64,000 nucleotides of DNA from a virus, in the IMG/VR virus record IMGVR_UViG_3300021168_000013, one strand, 5' to 3'. The translations under genes and the position numbers were made by a program. Positions 28,117 to 38,767 of this stretch are shown here, in pieces (positions within the stretch are counted from its first letter, which is position 1; every line of letters begins with the position of its first letter). The notes under the pieces were generated by a model, which was not told the DNA's origin, did no database searches, and saw only the letters and a list, made by a program, of their open reading frames with translations.

Positions 28117-30246
28117 ATGGGAAATAGTAATAACATAGGAGGTCTTTTAAGAACATCAAACAGTCAGATATTGGCTGCTGGATTAAATATACCACCCAAT
28201 TTCAACAATTCACCTCAACCGGGTAAATTGGTTGTGTTATACAATAATAGCAATAACGCTAAGGTCATATATAATACAAATGCCTATAAGACATTACCAT
28301 ATAATCAACAGTTATTAGACCCATTGGCTATCGGCAGTCATGTCAACATAGTTCAGGATGGTATTCAAGATGTATCATTAATTAGTAAATGGTCTGTATC
28401 CAATGCTGGAATAAAATTTGCCATCAAACAAGCTGTACTCCAAGGATTGAATGTCTTTAATGAAACCAAAATTTATAATCCTGTTATGCCAATAGTGGGG
28501 GCATCAGCCGATGCAAGTTTTGGATTAATTGATCCACCTATACGATTCATTGAACCTGATTTGGGAGGAGTTCTTGGAGCAATTGGACTATCAAGTGTAT
28601 CGAGTTTATTTGGAGGAAACATTCCAGTTGCTCCCGCTGGAACCGTTGGTAGTAATGCTTTACCACAAATTGCTACGGATGGTGCGAAAGGATTAAGTCG
28701 TGGTCAGAGTGCCACAACCGCATTTAAAACATTTACAAATAAGTGGCCAGCAAATAGTACCTTTGGTGGTAGTTTTTTAAGTAATGCAATAACCGCTGGA
28801 GTCAATTTCTTAAAGGCTAATACTCCATTGGGAACATTCCTTCCAGTTGGTCAACCAGCAGGAACACGTTATAAAGCCGCCGATACTAAAATTTATGGAT
28901 TAATGCTTAATAACACCAGTAATGGATTGTTTAGCATGGCGGCATTGGATTTTAGTGATGGGGATTCATCTTATAATAATGGAGGAGTGTATGTCCAAAA
29001 ATACAGTGCTGGGTCGGGCATTGGAGGAAACGCATCAACCACTTATTCAGATGCAATAATCCATGATGAATTTAATAATACGGACACAAGTGCTTTAACC
29101 GCAGAGTTGGGAGCATTCACAACAAGTAGTGACGGTAGTTATCCAAGTAATTTTAATAATCCAAATAATCAGAACATAACTAGTAAGATAGCCCAACTTA
29201 CAAGTTTATTAAATGTTGCTCAAAAGAATGGATACACAACTACACCTGCTGATTATATAGCAACTGACTATCAAGAGTTAGTGGGGATAAAATCTCAACA
29301 AGATGGTGATGGAAATGTTTCCCCACAGAATTACAACAACTCTACTAGTGTAGTATCCTATGCCAAGTCATTGAAAAATAATAAAAATCTATTGACTAAT
29401 AAGGGGATAGACACCAACGTTGCTGATCTAATAAATTTAAAAGGCATTATCAGTGGAAGTTCTGATTTCTTTGGGGGAAAGAGTTTGGCTCCATCAACTG
29501 GATATCCTAATATATACAGTCCATATGCCGATGATATAATCGCATTCTATTTCCACGATTTAGTAAATAATAAGTATATTCCATTTAGAGCAACAGTAAA
29601 AGGCATACAAGAAAGTGCTCAGGCTGAATGGACTGATGTAAAATATATTAATAGAGCCGATAAACTTTATACATATGGTGGATTCACAAGAACCCTTAAT
29701 TTCTCATTCACCGTAAATATTTCATCTATAAAAGAATTGTTACCAACGTGGAGGCGTGTTAATTACTTCATGGGATTGGTAAAGCCAGCCAATTACACGG
29801 ATGGATCAATATTCTCAAGATTTATAATACCACCATTAATAAAATTCACCATCGGTGATATGTATAAAAATCAACCAGCCGTTATAACCCAAATAGGTAT
29901 GAGCATACCAGATGATGCAACATGGGAAACATTGTCTGAAACATATGCATTAGTAAGTAAAGAAGACTGGTCATATTTAAACGGAAGAATATCATTTTTA
30001 AAATCTAATAATCAATACGCACAATTTCCAAACCAGTGTGAAATAAGTGTTAATTTGAACTTGTTGGAAAAAGAATTACCAAAGACTGGTGGATCAAACT
30101 ACGGAGATTATTACTTTGATAAGAACTTTAACGCTATTGGGAGTTCTGGTCAGAATTCATTCTCGTCAAATATGTACACATCACAAGTTAGTCAAAATAT
30201 AACAGCGAGTAACACGACAATTTCATCAGTCGGTAACGTTAATTAA
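28117..30246 (+). CDS. Baseplate tail-tube initiator/cap-like protein
   Basis: C-terminal YIPFRATVKGIQES..AEWTDVKYINRADKLYTYGGFTRTLNFSF...PPLIKFTIGDMY...PDDATWE tube-fold pattern. Confidence 0.7.
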   Translation: MGNSNNIGGLLRTSNSQILAAGLNIPPNFNNSPQPGKLVVLYNNSNNAKVIYNTNAYKTLPYNQQLLDPLAIGSHVNIVQDGIQDVSLISKWSVSNAGIKFAIKQAVLQGLNVFNETKIYNPVMPIVGASADASFGLIDPPIRFIEPDLGGVLGAIGLSSVSSLFGGNIPVAPAGTVGSNALPQIATDGAKGLSRGQSATTAFKTFTNKWPANSTFGGSFLSNAITAGVNFLKANTPLGTFLPVGQPAGTRYKAADTKIYGLMLNNTSNGLFSMAALDFSDGDSSYNNGGVYVQKYSAGSGIGGNASTTYSDAIIHDEFNNTDTSALTAELGAFTTSSDGSYPSNFNNPNNQNITSKIAQLTSLLNVAQKNGYTTTPADYIATDYQELVGIKSQQDGDGNVSPQNYNNSTSVVSYAKSLKNNKNLLTNKGIDTNVADLINLKGIISGSSDFFGGKSLAPSTGYPNIYSPYADDIIAFYFHDLVNNKYIPFRATVKGIQESAQAEWTDVKYINRADKLYTYGGFTRTLNFSFTVNISSIKELLPTWRRVNYFMGLVKPANYTDGSIFSRFIIPPLIKFTIGDMYKNQPAVITQIGMSIPDDATWETLSETYALVSKEDWSYLNGRISFLKSNNQYAQFPNQCEISVNLNLLEKELPKTGGSNYGDYYFDKNFNAIGSSGQNSFSSNMYTSQVSQNITASNTTISSVGNVN

Positions 30247-30251
30247 AAGTT

Positions 30252-30548
30252 ATGAATCGATATAATTATACAGGAACAGAAGCTAGATGGGATGGAAAAC
30301 AGGTATATACCACGTTGACTATGCCGAGTATACCATATTTACCCAACGACATATATATAATAAGTCAGGATAATATGTATTTGGATCAATTGGCGTATAT
30401 ATACTATTCCGATCCAACACTTTGGTGGATTATTGCTCAAGCGAATAGTTTAGGTAAAGGACGACTTAGTGTACCAGCAGGTATCCAATTAAGAATACCA
30501 GCAAATCCAACAAATGTTATCAACAATTTAAAAACGGTAAATAGTTAA
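30252..30548 (+). CDS. LysM-like baseplate wedge protein (gp53-like)
   Basis: LDQLAYIYYSDPTLWWIIAQAN...GIQLRIP. Confidence 0.8.
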   Translation: MNRYNYTGTEARWDGKQVYTTLTMPSIPYLPNDIYIISQDNMYLDQLAYIYYSDPTLWWIIAQANSLGKGRLSVPAGIQLRIPANPTNVINNLKTVNS

Positions 30549-30553
30549 TAGTT

Positions 30554-33304
30554 ATGTCGACAGATATTGCTCCATTAGACAATAGACCATGGATTCCTAG
30601 ACCATTCCCAAGTTGGCTTATAACTGAATTGGCCAGAAGGAAAAATGATCTTGGTATAGATTATGAATCCAATAAGAACTCTAGTTGGGATTCTAAAGGC
30701 AATTGGAATAAATACAAAGGTCCTATGACTCCATGGGCAAGAGTGTGTTCTAATGGAAACGGTATTAATACATTTTTACCTTCTTATAGAACTGGCAACA
30801 CTGAAAAGAATTTTCCAAAAAAAGGATTTGTTTTCACCACTGGGATGGGATTCATGGATTCTTATGGATTAAATCAAAACCAAACGGTGATGGGATATGA
30901 AGTTGATGGTACTCCTCACATAATACCAATGGATAAAGTTGGTATGTTCAATTATACCATAAATAACTCAAATAGTGGAAACAATGGTAGACCAACTCAG
31001 TTGTACCTTCCACCGCCCGGGATAGAGAGTATTGAAGCTATTATTCAGAAACAGTTTTTAAGGGAATTGACCATTAAATGGTCGTGTCATGGATTTGCTC
31101 AATTAGAGTATATGACTCCTTATTTTCTTACACCGAAAATAAGTGTCATAGTTGAGTATGGGTGGAATCACTTTAATCAGGACAGTCTATTGGATTTGAC
31201 AAATTCTCCTCATAGATATGAAGTATTACAAAGTGGTAGTTCCAATTTGATGGATTTTGAATATATCTCGGATAATGGTGTATCAACAACTGCATTGACA
31301 TTAAAGGAATTGTGGAATGATGGTCAACCATTGTATGACTGCAATATGAGAATATCAAGAGGAATGTATGATGTTGCATTTGGTATAATTAAGAATTTTG
31401 AATTCTCTACGTCAGATGGAATAAAGTACGAATGCACCACCACCATAGCTTCAAAAAATACAACATGGGGAGGAATAAATCTACATGATCCCGATGTTAA
31501 AAATAAAAATATAGGAAGTTCGGATGAAGTTAAATCACAGGCAATGTCGTTTTCTGATTTTCTAGAAAAACGTTTAAAGAAAATCAAGAATTGTATAGAT
31601 AAGGGGTTGAATTTCATGAGTCCCCTTGATGATACTGAAAAGAATTTGAATATTTTTAAAGATACATCAGTATCAAATTATTTCTATGGAGGAGCCGCAG
31701 AGAACAGAGTGTTTATTGGTAGAAATGAAGTGAGTCACACATATGGAGGAACTCCGGCAGATAATGACTGGGATAAATCAAATACGGACTCGATGTGGGT
31801 AAAAATGGATTTCTTGATTGAAGTATTCAATTTTTTTACAACAAAGCCTAGTAGTTTAAATGATTTTGATAACACAACTTTTCAATTTTATAAACTGACT
31901 ACAGGAGCTAAAACTATCATTGGGGCACATCCAAATTTAATATCCACGGATGGTACTACCATGTTAATACCAAATGCTCAATCACCAAAATATAATAATG
32001 GAGTGTTATATAATCACGCTAATGTATTTAGTGGAAGCGTTGGTATTGGAGCCATAGATGGCCAATCACTATCTTCTGGTAAAAATGATAAAATATTTTT
32101 ATCATCGTATGAGACTTATCAGAAAAATTGGGCAACAAGTTCCTTGGCAAACAATGAATTATACGCAACATTTAAAACCGGCATATATTCTACGGCACAA
32201 GCCGATATAATAGAGGTTGGAGCAAGAGGTAGAAAAGTATTTGTAAAAAATCCTGATTACGGATTTGGTGCAACTAATAATGGTGTGGCAAGAGATAATT
32301 TGGATGCATTAATAAATTATTACGTCTACAATCCACAGGTCCCCGCACACAATGTCAAACCACCACAGAAATCCAACAATCTGGAACATTCATTTCCACA
32401 GTATCAAGATGATGTTCTTACTGGAAAGAAAGCGGGATATTATGGATATCTTGAGGATTTGTATATTAATGCCGACTTCGTTATAAACATAGTTAAATCA
32501 GCGACATCAACGGAAGAATTTTTCAATGCGTTATTACAAGGAATAAATGATAGTGTAAATGGATTTTGGGATTTACAATTAATTTCAGGAGCACCGAAAG
32601 ATATGGTTTTCGTTGATCAGAAGCTTTTCCCTGATTTGGCAAAACAACCAATATTTCAGTTTGATGTGGCAAGTTCCAGAAATATTGTAAAAAATATAGT
32701 ATTCACATCAACGATATCAAACATACAAGCCAATCAAATTATAGCATCCAGTACTAATAATCAGAATGGTGACGGTGAAGAATCCACATCTAACCCACAA
32801 AATTTTGTATTTGGTGATAGATTATTCACAGATATTCCCTCAAATAAGCAATCATTGGATATTGATAATGGGAGTATAATATCACAATTACAACAATATG
32901 GTGCCAACAAAGATGCGTATTTCATGACATTTAGAGACATCAATGGGAATAAGAACATAGTTAATCTGGTGTTACCAAATAAATCTTTATTAACGTCTAT
33001 ATTAAATGACATGGATTTGATTAACAATGTAAACGTTTATGGTGGGCAACAACCAAACTTTGTATTGGAGATAACATTGCAAGGTATAGCTGGATTGAAT
33101 ACATTTCAATGTTTCAGTATTAAGAATTTTCCAAAACCTTATAGTGAGGAAGATGTGATATTTCAGATTATTGATGTCAAACATTCCATAAATAACGAAA
33201 ATTGGGAGACTACCATTAAAGCTGGTCTAAGACCATTCGGAGCAAATCGTAGTTTGAAAGGAACTCCTAAGTTCGTGGACGGAAGTGAACAGGAATATAA
33301 TTAA
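30554..33304 (+). CDS. Baseplate hub protein (gp27-like)
   Basis: PPPGIESIE, RELTIKWSCHGFAQLE, C-terminal LEITLQGIAGL..FQCF...FQIIDVKHSINNENWETTIKA; synteny. Confidence 0.65.
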   Translation: MSTDIAPLDNRPWIPRPFPSWLITELARRKNDLGIDYESNKNSSWDSKGNWNKYKGPMTPWARVCSNGNGINTFLPSYRTGNTEKNFPKKGFVFTTGMGFMDSYGLNQNQTVMGYEVDGTPHIIPMDKVGMFNYTINNSNSGNNGRPTQLYLPPPGIESIEAIIQKQFLRELTIKWSCHGFAQLEYMTPYFLTPKISVIVEYGWNHFNQDSLLDLTNSPHRYEVLQSGSSNLMDFEYISDNGVSTTALTLKELWNDGQPLYDCNMRISRGMYDVAFGIIKNFEFSTSDGIKYECTTTIASKNTTWGGINLHDPDVKNKNIGSSDEVKSQAMSFSDFLEKRLKKIKNCIDKGLNFMSPLDDTEKNLNIFKDTSVSNYFYGGAAENRVFIGRNEVSHTYGGTPADNDWDKSNTDSMWVKMDFLIEVFNFFTTKPSSLNDFDNTTFQFYKLTTGAKTIIGAHPNLISTDGTTMLIPNAQSPKYNNGVLYNHANVFSGSVGIGAIDGQSLSSGKNDKIFLSSYETYQKNWATSSLANNELYATFKTGIYSTAQADIIEVGARGRKVFVKNPDYGFGATNNGVARDNLDALINYYVYNPQVPAHNVKPPQKSNNLEHSFPQYQDDVLTGKKAGYYGYLEDLYINADFVINIVKSATSTEEFFNALLQGINDSVNGFWDLQLISGAPKDMVFVDQKLFPDLAKQPIFQFDVASSRNIVKNIVFTSTISNIQANQIIASSTNNQNGDGEESTSNPQNFVFGDRLFTDIPSNKQSLDIDNGSIISQLQQYGANKDAYFMTFRDINGNKNIVNLVLPNKSLLTSILNDMDLINNVNVYGGQQPNFVLEITLQGIAGLNTFQCFSIKNFPKPYSEEDVIFQIIDVKHSINNENWETTIKAGLRPFGANRSLKGTPKFVDGSEQEYN

Positions 33305-33306
33305 AT

Positions 33307-33687
33307 ATGTTAGATATATCAACATACAATTCATTGGTTTCATCGGATATCAACTCTATAGTTTATCCTGAAAACCACATACCCACTCCACAGCCATCCG
33401 ATTACACTAATGGGTTTATCGTTAGATATTTTGCGCAGAGGATAAACACTGGACAAATTTACGAAGTGTCATCTGACAATTACAATCAAATTTCAATGTT
33501 ATTGTTTGGATTGACTTCTCTTAATTGGTACATAACTGGATCATTGAATGTTGTAAAACAAAATAATATAATAATGCAACCCGGAGTAATATCGTTGAAT
33601 AAAACCTCCGTTAATACTGCCAATCAAGCTATGGAAGGATTAACCCAATTCTTACCAAATCTATCCCAGTTTTATAAAAACGTTTGA
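33307..33687 (+). CDS. Conserved baseplate-region hypothetical protein
   Basis: PTPQPSDYTNGFIVRYFAQRIN..IYEVS; last gene of the tail operon. Confidence 0.6.
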   Translation: MLDISTYNSLVSSDINSIVYPENHIPTPQPSDYTNGFIVRYFAQRINTGQIYEVSSDNYNQISMLLFGLTSLNWYITGSLNVVKQNNIIMQPGVISLNKTSVNTANQAMEGLTQFLPNLSQFYKNV

Positions 33688-33712
33688 CATTTCACCTGTT
33701 CTATGATATGAT
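33684..33712 (+). promoter_or_regulatory. Sigma70-type early promoter for the polA-like gene
   Basis: TTGACA(33684)-N17-TATGAT(33707); ATG 10 nt downstream. Confidence 0.65.
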
Positions 33713-33721
33713 TAATGTTGA

Positions 33722-35065
33722 ATGATCATATCCAGTGATGCAGAATATAATAAGTTCTTGATTGAAAACACAAATGGGCGTTGTATTGTCCATATTGTGA
33801 CCAATAACGATAATATTCACTCGGCCATCGCTAAACCCCTCTTAATATTCGTTAAAAACATAGATATTGATAAATTATATATAATTAATATAAACCATTA
33901 TGATATAGACTATAGGGTAGACCAAGAACTCTTCATAAAAGATTTTAATAACTTATACTGTATTAAATTTGTATTAGATAAGAAGAGGTTCATGCATCTC
34001 TTACCAATCATAAATTTGAAGGATTTACAGCTAATAGACTTCATGTTGTATGGAAAGCCTGATGAAACTAATTATATACCTAACGAATATAGGTTTTATT
34101 ATAATAGGTTTGAAGATTATGATGATATTAATAATGCCATACCATTGACCATTCATAGTAGGGTATTTGATAATATTTGCAATGTTTATGAGGAAACCAT
34201 TGAATCTTTCGTGGAGGATAGTGGATATATCGGAGTTAATGACAATATTTTGGATAACTTGCAACAAATTGAGAAAAATGGATTATATGTAGATAAGAGT
34301 GTGTTCTCCAAACATTTTGATGCAAAAGTGTCAAATAACTTGGTACATACCGAGTATAACATTTATACTGCTACTGGTCGTCCAAGTAATAGATTTGGAG
34401 GAGTCAATTATGCTGCTTTAAATAAAGATGACGGTTGCCGATCAAGTTTCGTATCAAGACATGGGGATGATGGAATATTGTTTCTAATTGACTACAGTGC
34501 TTACCATCCACATATTGTTGGTAAACTTATTAATTATAGTTTACCAACTGATGTCTATTCATATCTTGGTAAGTATTATTTTACCAAAGAAGAATTGTCG
34601 CCAGAAGAGATTAAATCGGCGAAGAATATGACATTTCAATGTATGTATGGTAATAACATTCCTACGGAGTTTTTGACTATACCATATTACGCTAAGATGA
34701 ATGAATATATCAATCATCGATGGGAATTTTTTAATGATAATGGATATGTCGAGACTCCCATTTATAAGCGAAAGATAACATCAAAACATATAATCGATCC
34801 AAACCCAAATAAGTTGTTCAATTACATATTACAGGCATCGGAAACTGAATTCGGTATGACCGTTGCAAATGATGTAAATCGATATCTACGGAATAAACAG
34901 ACAAAAGTAGTATTATACACTTACGATAGCTTATTATATGATGTACATAAGGATGATGGTAAACAGACTTTGGTTGATATCAAGGGTATAATGAGTAATA
35001 CTGGATTCCCCGTAAAGTGTTATATTGGGTATGATTACAATAAAATGATAACGGTTAATATTTGA
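33722..35065 (+). CDS. Short, divergent family A DNA polymerase
   Basis: TATGRPS, motif A IDYSAYHP, motif B AKNMTFQCMYG, NYILQASE, motif C YTYDSLL; only 447 aa. Confidence 0.85.
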   Translation: MIISSDAEYNKFLIENTNGRCIVHIVTNNDNIHSAIAKPLLIFVKNIDIDKLYIININHYDIDYRVDQELFIKDFNNLYCIKFVLDKKRFMHLLPIINLKDLQLIDFMLYGKPDETNYIPNEYRFYYNRFEDYDDINNAIPLTIHSRVFDNICNVYEETIESFVEDSGYIGVNDNILDNLQQIEKNGLYVDKSVFSKHFDAKVSNNLVHTEYNIYTATGRPSNRFGGVNYAALNKDDGCRSSFVSRHGDDGILFLIDYSAYHPHIVGKLINYSLPTDVYSYLGKYYFTKEELSPEEIKSAKNMTFQCMYGNNIPTEFLTIPYYAKMNEYINHRWEFFNDNGYVETPIYKRKITSKHIIDPNPNKLFNYILQASETEFGMTVANDVNRYLRNKQTKVVLYTYDSLLYDVHKDDGKQTLVDIKGIMSNTGFPVKCYIGYDYNKMITVNI

Positions 35066-35104
35066 GTATTTGGTCAATCTTTTATATATTTATTGATATA
35101 TAAA

Positions 35105-36607
35105 ATGAAGAATTTAGACCGTATTTTATTAGAGTATTTCACAAAAAGAGAAGATGGTGGGGCAAATTTCAATTCAAAAAGTTATGACGATTTGCAACAT
35201 TTTGAGACATTTTTGATCGAATGTGGATATATTCATAGTTTCGATAGAGCCAAATTGAACGAATTATTTGGTTCTTCCACGTTGTCTAAAACCATAAGTA
35301 CTGGTGTTGGTAAAGTTACATCGAAATTAAAGTCTTTTTGGCGTAAAATATTAGATATCGTAAAGTCTGGATATTCTCAAATAGTTAGACGATTCCATAG
35401 TGAATGCGGAAGAATTGAAAGTGATATCAAAAATTACGATTTAGGTGAAGAAATACTTATACCATTACCACGAGTTACCGAGCCAAACCTATCAGAATTC
35501 TCAGATGCAGTAAATAATGTCACATCATTACAAAGTGGGGTTGCTCCAGAAGGAGAAGCTGAGATAGGTGAAGCAAAAGAGGGTGCTACAGCATTTAAAG
35601 GATATTATAATGAATATCTTACTTGTGAATATATTTTAGCCATGGATAGTGGTAAATTGAATGAGGATTTTTCATTACTTCATGGTGTCTCTCCCGATCC
35701 AACCGTTAGACTAACTGATCCAAATAGAACTACCACACAATTTATCCGTAGCAAATCCCGTGAATATTATCAAAAATTGAAAGAAGTTTGTGGTGATGAA
35801 TTTGATGACACCAATAGAGTAGTAAATTTAGGCAGTAAACAAATGGCTGATTATCTCATTGATGCTGCTAAAAAATCAGGGGCGTTTATTTACGACATTC
35901 AAGCAGTCGGAGAAGATAAAGAAGGTGTGGCCGATATTTTGGTTAAAATGACTAGAACCGAGGGTGATTTCTCCAATGCTTATTCATTAAAAATATCAGA
36001 AGGAAAGAATATAAATTTGGCCAATAGAACATTCGGTACTCAAGTTGAACAATTATGTGGCAACGCCCAAGTCAAAGAAGAACTTAAGAAACGTTTAATG
36101 TCAGACCCAGAATATAAAAAAGCATTTGATCAAGGAAAAATATTGAATGCTGAATTACAGGCACAAAAGAGAGCTAAGAATACTAGTAAATTAGCTGATC
36201 TCAGAAAAGGAAGAGGATTGGCTAGACAAAAACTGAATTTGATTGCAGCAAAAGTCCTTTATGGATTCTTGAAAGATTTCAATGATAAGAATAAACTAGC
36301 ATTCAGTCAGAATTTACAAAAATTACTTGGTTTTTCGGATAAGGATATAGGAATTTTAACGGCGATAGTAAAGAAATCCAAAAAAGAAGGTGGTTATATG
36401 TCTGAACTATTAGCAAAAAAACCAGAATTTGATTTTTCTAATTTAAAGGTCACATATGACAACGGAGTATCTATTAAAATTATTAATGAAAAAGCAAAAC
36501 AAGTAATTGTCACAATATCTCTTAAAGAAGGTGTTGCCGCAGCAAACTGGGTAGACTTTTCATCCGTCACTCCATTCGATCAAGGATTCGTTCCATTTGA
36601 GGTATAA
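35105..36607 (+). CDS. Hypothetical late protein with possible PD-(D/E)xK nuclease-like core
   Basis: GYYNEYL...EGVADILV...YSLKIS spacing; late-type motif upstream; N-terminus LDRILLE. Confidence 0.4.
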   Translation: MKNLDRILLEYFTKREDGGANFNSKSYDDLQHFETFLIECGYIHSFDRAKLNELFGSSTLSKTISTGVGKVTSKLKSFWRKILDIVKSGYSQIVRRFHSECGRIESDIKNYDLGEEILIPLPRVTEPNLSEFSDAVNNVTSLQSGVAPEGEAEIGEAKEGATAFKGYYNEYLTCEYILAMDSGKLNEDFSLLHGVSPDPTVRLTDPNRTTTQFIRSKSREYYQKLKEVCGDEFDDTNRVVNLGSKQMADYLIDAAKKSGAFIYDIQAVGEDKEGVADILVKMTRTEGDFSNAYSLKISEGKNINLANRTFGTQVEQLCGNAQVKEELKKRLMSDPEYKKAFDQGKILNAELQAQKRAKNTSKLADLRKGRGLARQKLNLIAAKVLYGFLKDFNDKNKLAFSQNLQKLLGFSDKDIGILTAIVKKSKKEGGYMSELLAKKPEFDFSNLKVTYDNGVSIKIINEKAKQVIVTISLKEGVAAANWVDFSSVTPFDQGFVPFEV

Positions 36608-36609
36608 TT

Positions 36610-37386
36610 ATGATAGATAAAATATTAAATGCAATATGTTTAGACGAGAGAGTTACAGATGGAACCTTTCGTATGGATAATAATGAGCACATGGATATTC
36701 TTCAAGAGTATTTGGAAAAGAGCGGAACAACAAAAGCCAATAGTGTAGTATACCGAAATAAAATGATCGAGGGTAAGTTTCCAGAACGTCAAGCATATAA
36801 TACTAATGGTATATTGGTAACGTTTCCTACACCAGAATATAAACAGAAAGCTATAGCTAGAGGTACTCATTTTGAGGCCAATCCAAAAAAAGGACAGGCC
36901 AATGTATTTCAAACACCGCCAGCATCAGGGACAGCACCAGAGGCTCCAGCAGCATCCGGATCAGCATCAACTCCTCCTGCAACTCCTGCTAGCGGAACTC
37001 CACCACCCGCACCCACAACTTCTCCTGCTCCTCCAGCACCCGACACAAAGCTTGGCCCTGAAGATTTGGCAACACCAACTACTCCGCCGCCAACGGAACC
37101 TACCGACGGAAAAGAATTAACTGCTAACGCTGTGGAAAAGGACACAAGAACTCCAGCAGAAAAGGCTGAAGACGCAAAAGCAATACAAAACATACTTTCA
37201 TCCGCTCCAGCATCTATTGATATCACGAAAAATTATCCAAACTTGGAATCTTTGACTTATACTTTAAAGGAAGCAAAACAGAATAATTTTTACGAAAAAA
37301 ATGGTAAGTGGTATACAGACGGCGGCGAATATATTGGAGAAAAATGGTATAACGAAACACTTGGTAAGATTTTAATATCCAAATGA
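36610..37386 (+). CDS. Hypothetical protein with Pro/Ala/Thr-rich linker
   Basis: Central PPASGTAPEAPAASG...TPPPTEP low-complexity segment between two globular parts. Confidence 0.6.
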   Translation: MIDKILNAICLDERVTDGTFRMDNNEHMDILQEYLEKSGTTKANSVVYRNKMIEGKFPERQAYNTNGILVTFPTPEYKQKAIARGTHFEANPKKGQANVFQTPPASGTAPEAPAASGSASTPPATPASGTPPPAPTTSPAPPAPDTKLGPEDLATPTTPPPTEPTDGKELTANAVEKDTRTPAEKAEDAKAIQNILSSAPASIDITKNYPNLESLTYTLKEAKQNNFYEKNGKWYTDGGEYIGEKWYNETLGKILISK

Positions 37387-37769
37387 GTTATCATCAATTG
37401 TTTTGCACTTTCAGTAATGATGTATCTTACAAAGAGGACGTAAGAAATATACGCAATTTTTATTCAACGAGTATTATAAAATTTTTTGTGTTTGAGTCTA
37501 CAAAGGTTAAAAAGGATACATATATTACATATAATATATCGGCTGTAAGCAGTTTTGATCGTTATCGATCCACTATCAACATTCATCGTAAAAAAGAAAC
37601 TAATACATTGTATACACTTAATGCAATGAATAGATTAATTACCGAGGAAAACAATGGGGTATTTGATAAGACCCATAACTTGGATTGGACTCTATATAAG
37701 GATTGTCTTATTCTGACTAATGACGTAGGAGTAAGAATAATTGACTTAAAACTCATAGTCATATTATAA
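37383..37769 (+). CDS. Conserved phage hypothetical protein upstream of ssb
   Basis: QLFCTFS...IHRKKETNTLYTLNAMN..I...NNGVFD...LDW; ATGA overlap with the upstream gene. Confidence 0.6.
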   Translation: MSYHQLFCTFSNDVSYKEDVRNIRNFYSTSIIKFFVFESTKVKKDTYITYNISAVSSFDRYRSTINIHRKKETNTLYTLNAMNRLITEENNGVFDKTHNLDWTLYKDCLILTNDVGVRIIDLKLIVIL

Positions 37770-37821
37770 TTAACTTTCTTGGATATAATAAATTGACCTA
37801 ATCACTTTTTTGGTATATTCT
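37741..37821 (+). promoter_or_regulatory. Tandem sigma70-type promoters upstream of ssb
   Basis: TTGACT(37741)-N18-TATAAT and TTGACC(37793)-N17-TATTCT. Confidence 0.45.
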
Positions 37822-37906
37822 ATGTCTATGTTAATACTTATATATAGAGCATAGTTAAGTGATTATGTTCTATAATTAACTAATTAAAAATAACACATTA
37901 AAACAT

Positions 37907-38704
37907 ATGGCATTAAACCTAGATATAATAAAAGCAAGACGTAATACATTGAGTAACCAAGACGCAAACAAAAAGTTGTTTTGGAAACCAGTAAAAGGTA
38001 AGCAAGTAGTTCGAATCATTCCTTATAAGTTCTGTCCCGAAAATCCATTCATTGAATTAAAGTTTCATTATGGCCTTGGTGGCAAGACTTATATTTCTCC
38101 TGACACATTTAACCGTCCCGACCCAATTTTGGAATTCGCTAACAAGTTGAAAAAGACTGGCGATAAAGAAGATTGGAAGAGAGGTCGCGCACTCGAACCT
38201 AAATTGAGAACGTATGTTCCAATCATTGTTCGTGGTCAAGAAACCGAGGGTGTTAAATTTTGGGGGTTTGGAAAACAAGTCTACGAAGAAATCCTCAGTA
38301 TTATTGACGATCCTGAATATGGTGATATCACCGAGTTAACATCTGGTAGAGATGTTACGGTAGAGTTCAAGGAAGCCGTTGAGACTGGAAAGAATTTCCC
38401 TGAAACGTCTATCCGCGTCAAGCCAAATAAGTCTCCAGCAGTTGATCCCAATAATAAGGAACAGGTAGCATTATTGGCAAAACAAGTTGACATTGTAACG
38501 TTGTACGAAGAAAAGACGTATGATGAATTAAAGGAAGTACTCAAGAGTCACCTTAATCCATCAAGTTCATCGGATAACAGTGGTGACAGTAATTCTACTG
38601 GCCCAGTTGATACCGAAGCACAGCCAGAGGCAGCAAGCGTAACTAAGGCTCCAAGTTCTAACAAGGACATTGAAGCAGCGTTTGATAACCTCTTTAACAA
38701 CTAA
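37907..38704 (+). CDS. Single-stranded DNA-binding protein, T4 gp32-like
   Basis: FWKPVKGKQVVRIIPY...FHYGL...DPI, VKFWGFGKQVY, YGDITELTSGRDV, acidic tail ending AFDNLFNN. Confidence 0.88.
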   Translation: MALNLDIIKARRNTLSNQDANKKLFWKPVKGKQVVRIIPYKFCPENPFIELKFHYGLGGKTYISPDTFNRPDPILEFANKLKKTGDKEDWKRGRALEPKLRTYVPIIVRGQETEGVKFWGFGKQVYEEILSIIDDPEYGDITELTSGRDVTVEFKEAVETGKNFPETSIRVKPNKSPAVDPNNKEQVALLAKQVDIVTLYEEKTYDELKEVLKSHLNPSSSSDNSGDSNSTGPVDTEAQPEAASVTKAPSSNKDIEAAFDNLFNN

Positions 38705-38710
38705 AAAATA

Positions 38711-38751
38711 AAAGAGAGTGATGGTTATATCACATAGCCATCACTCTCTTT
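38711..38751 (+). terminator. Long 18-bp hairpin terminator between ssb and recA
   Basis: aaagagagtgatggttat-atcac-atagccatcactctcttt (one G-T pair). Confidence 0.75.
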
Positions 38752-38767
38752 ACAGTTATATATTATT

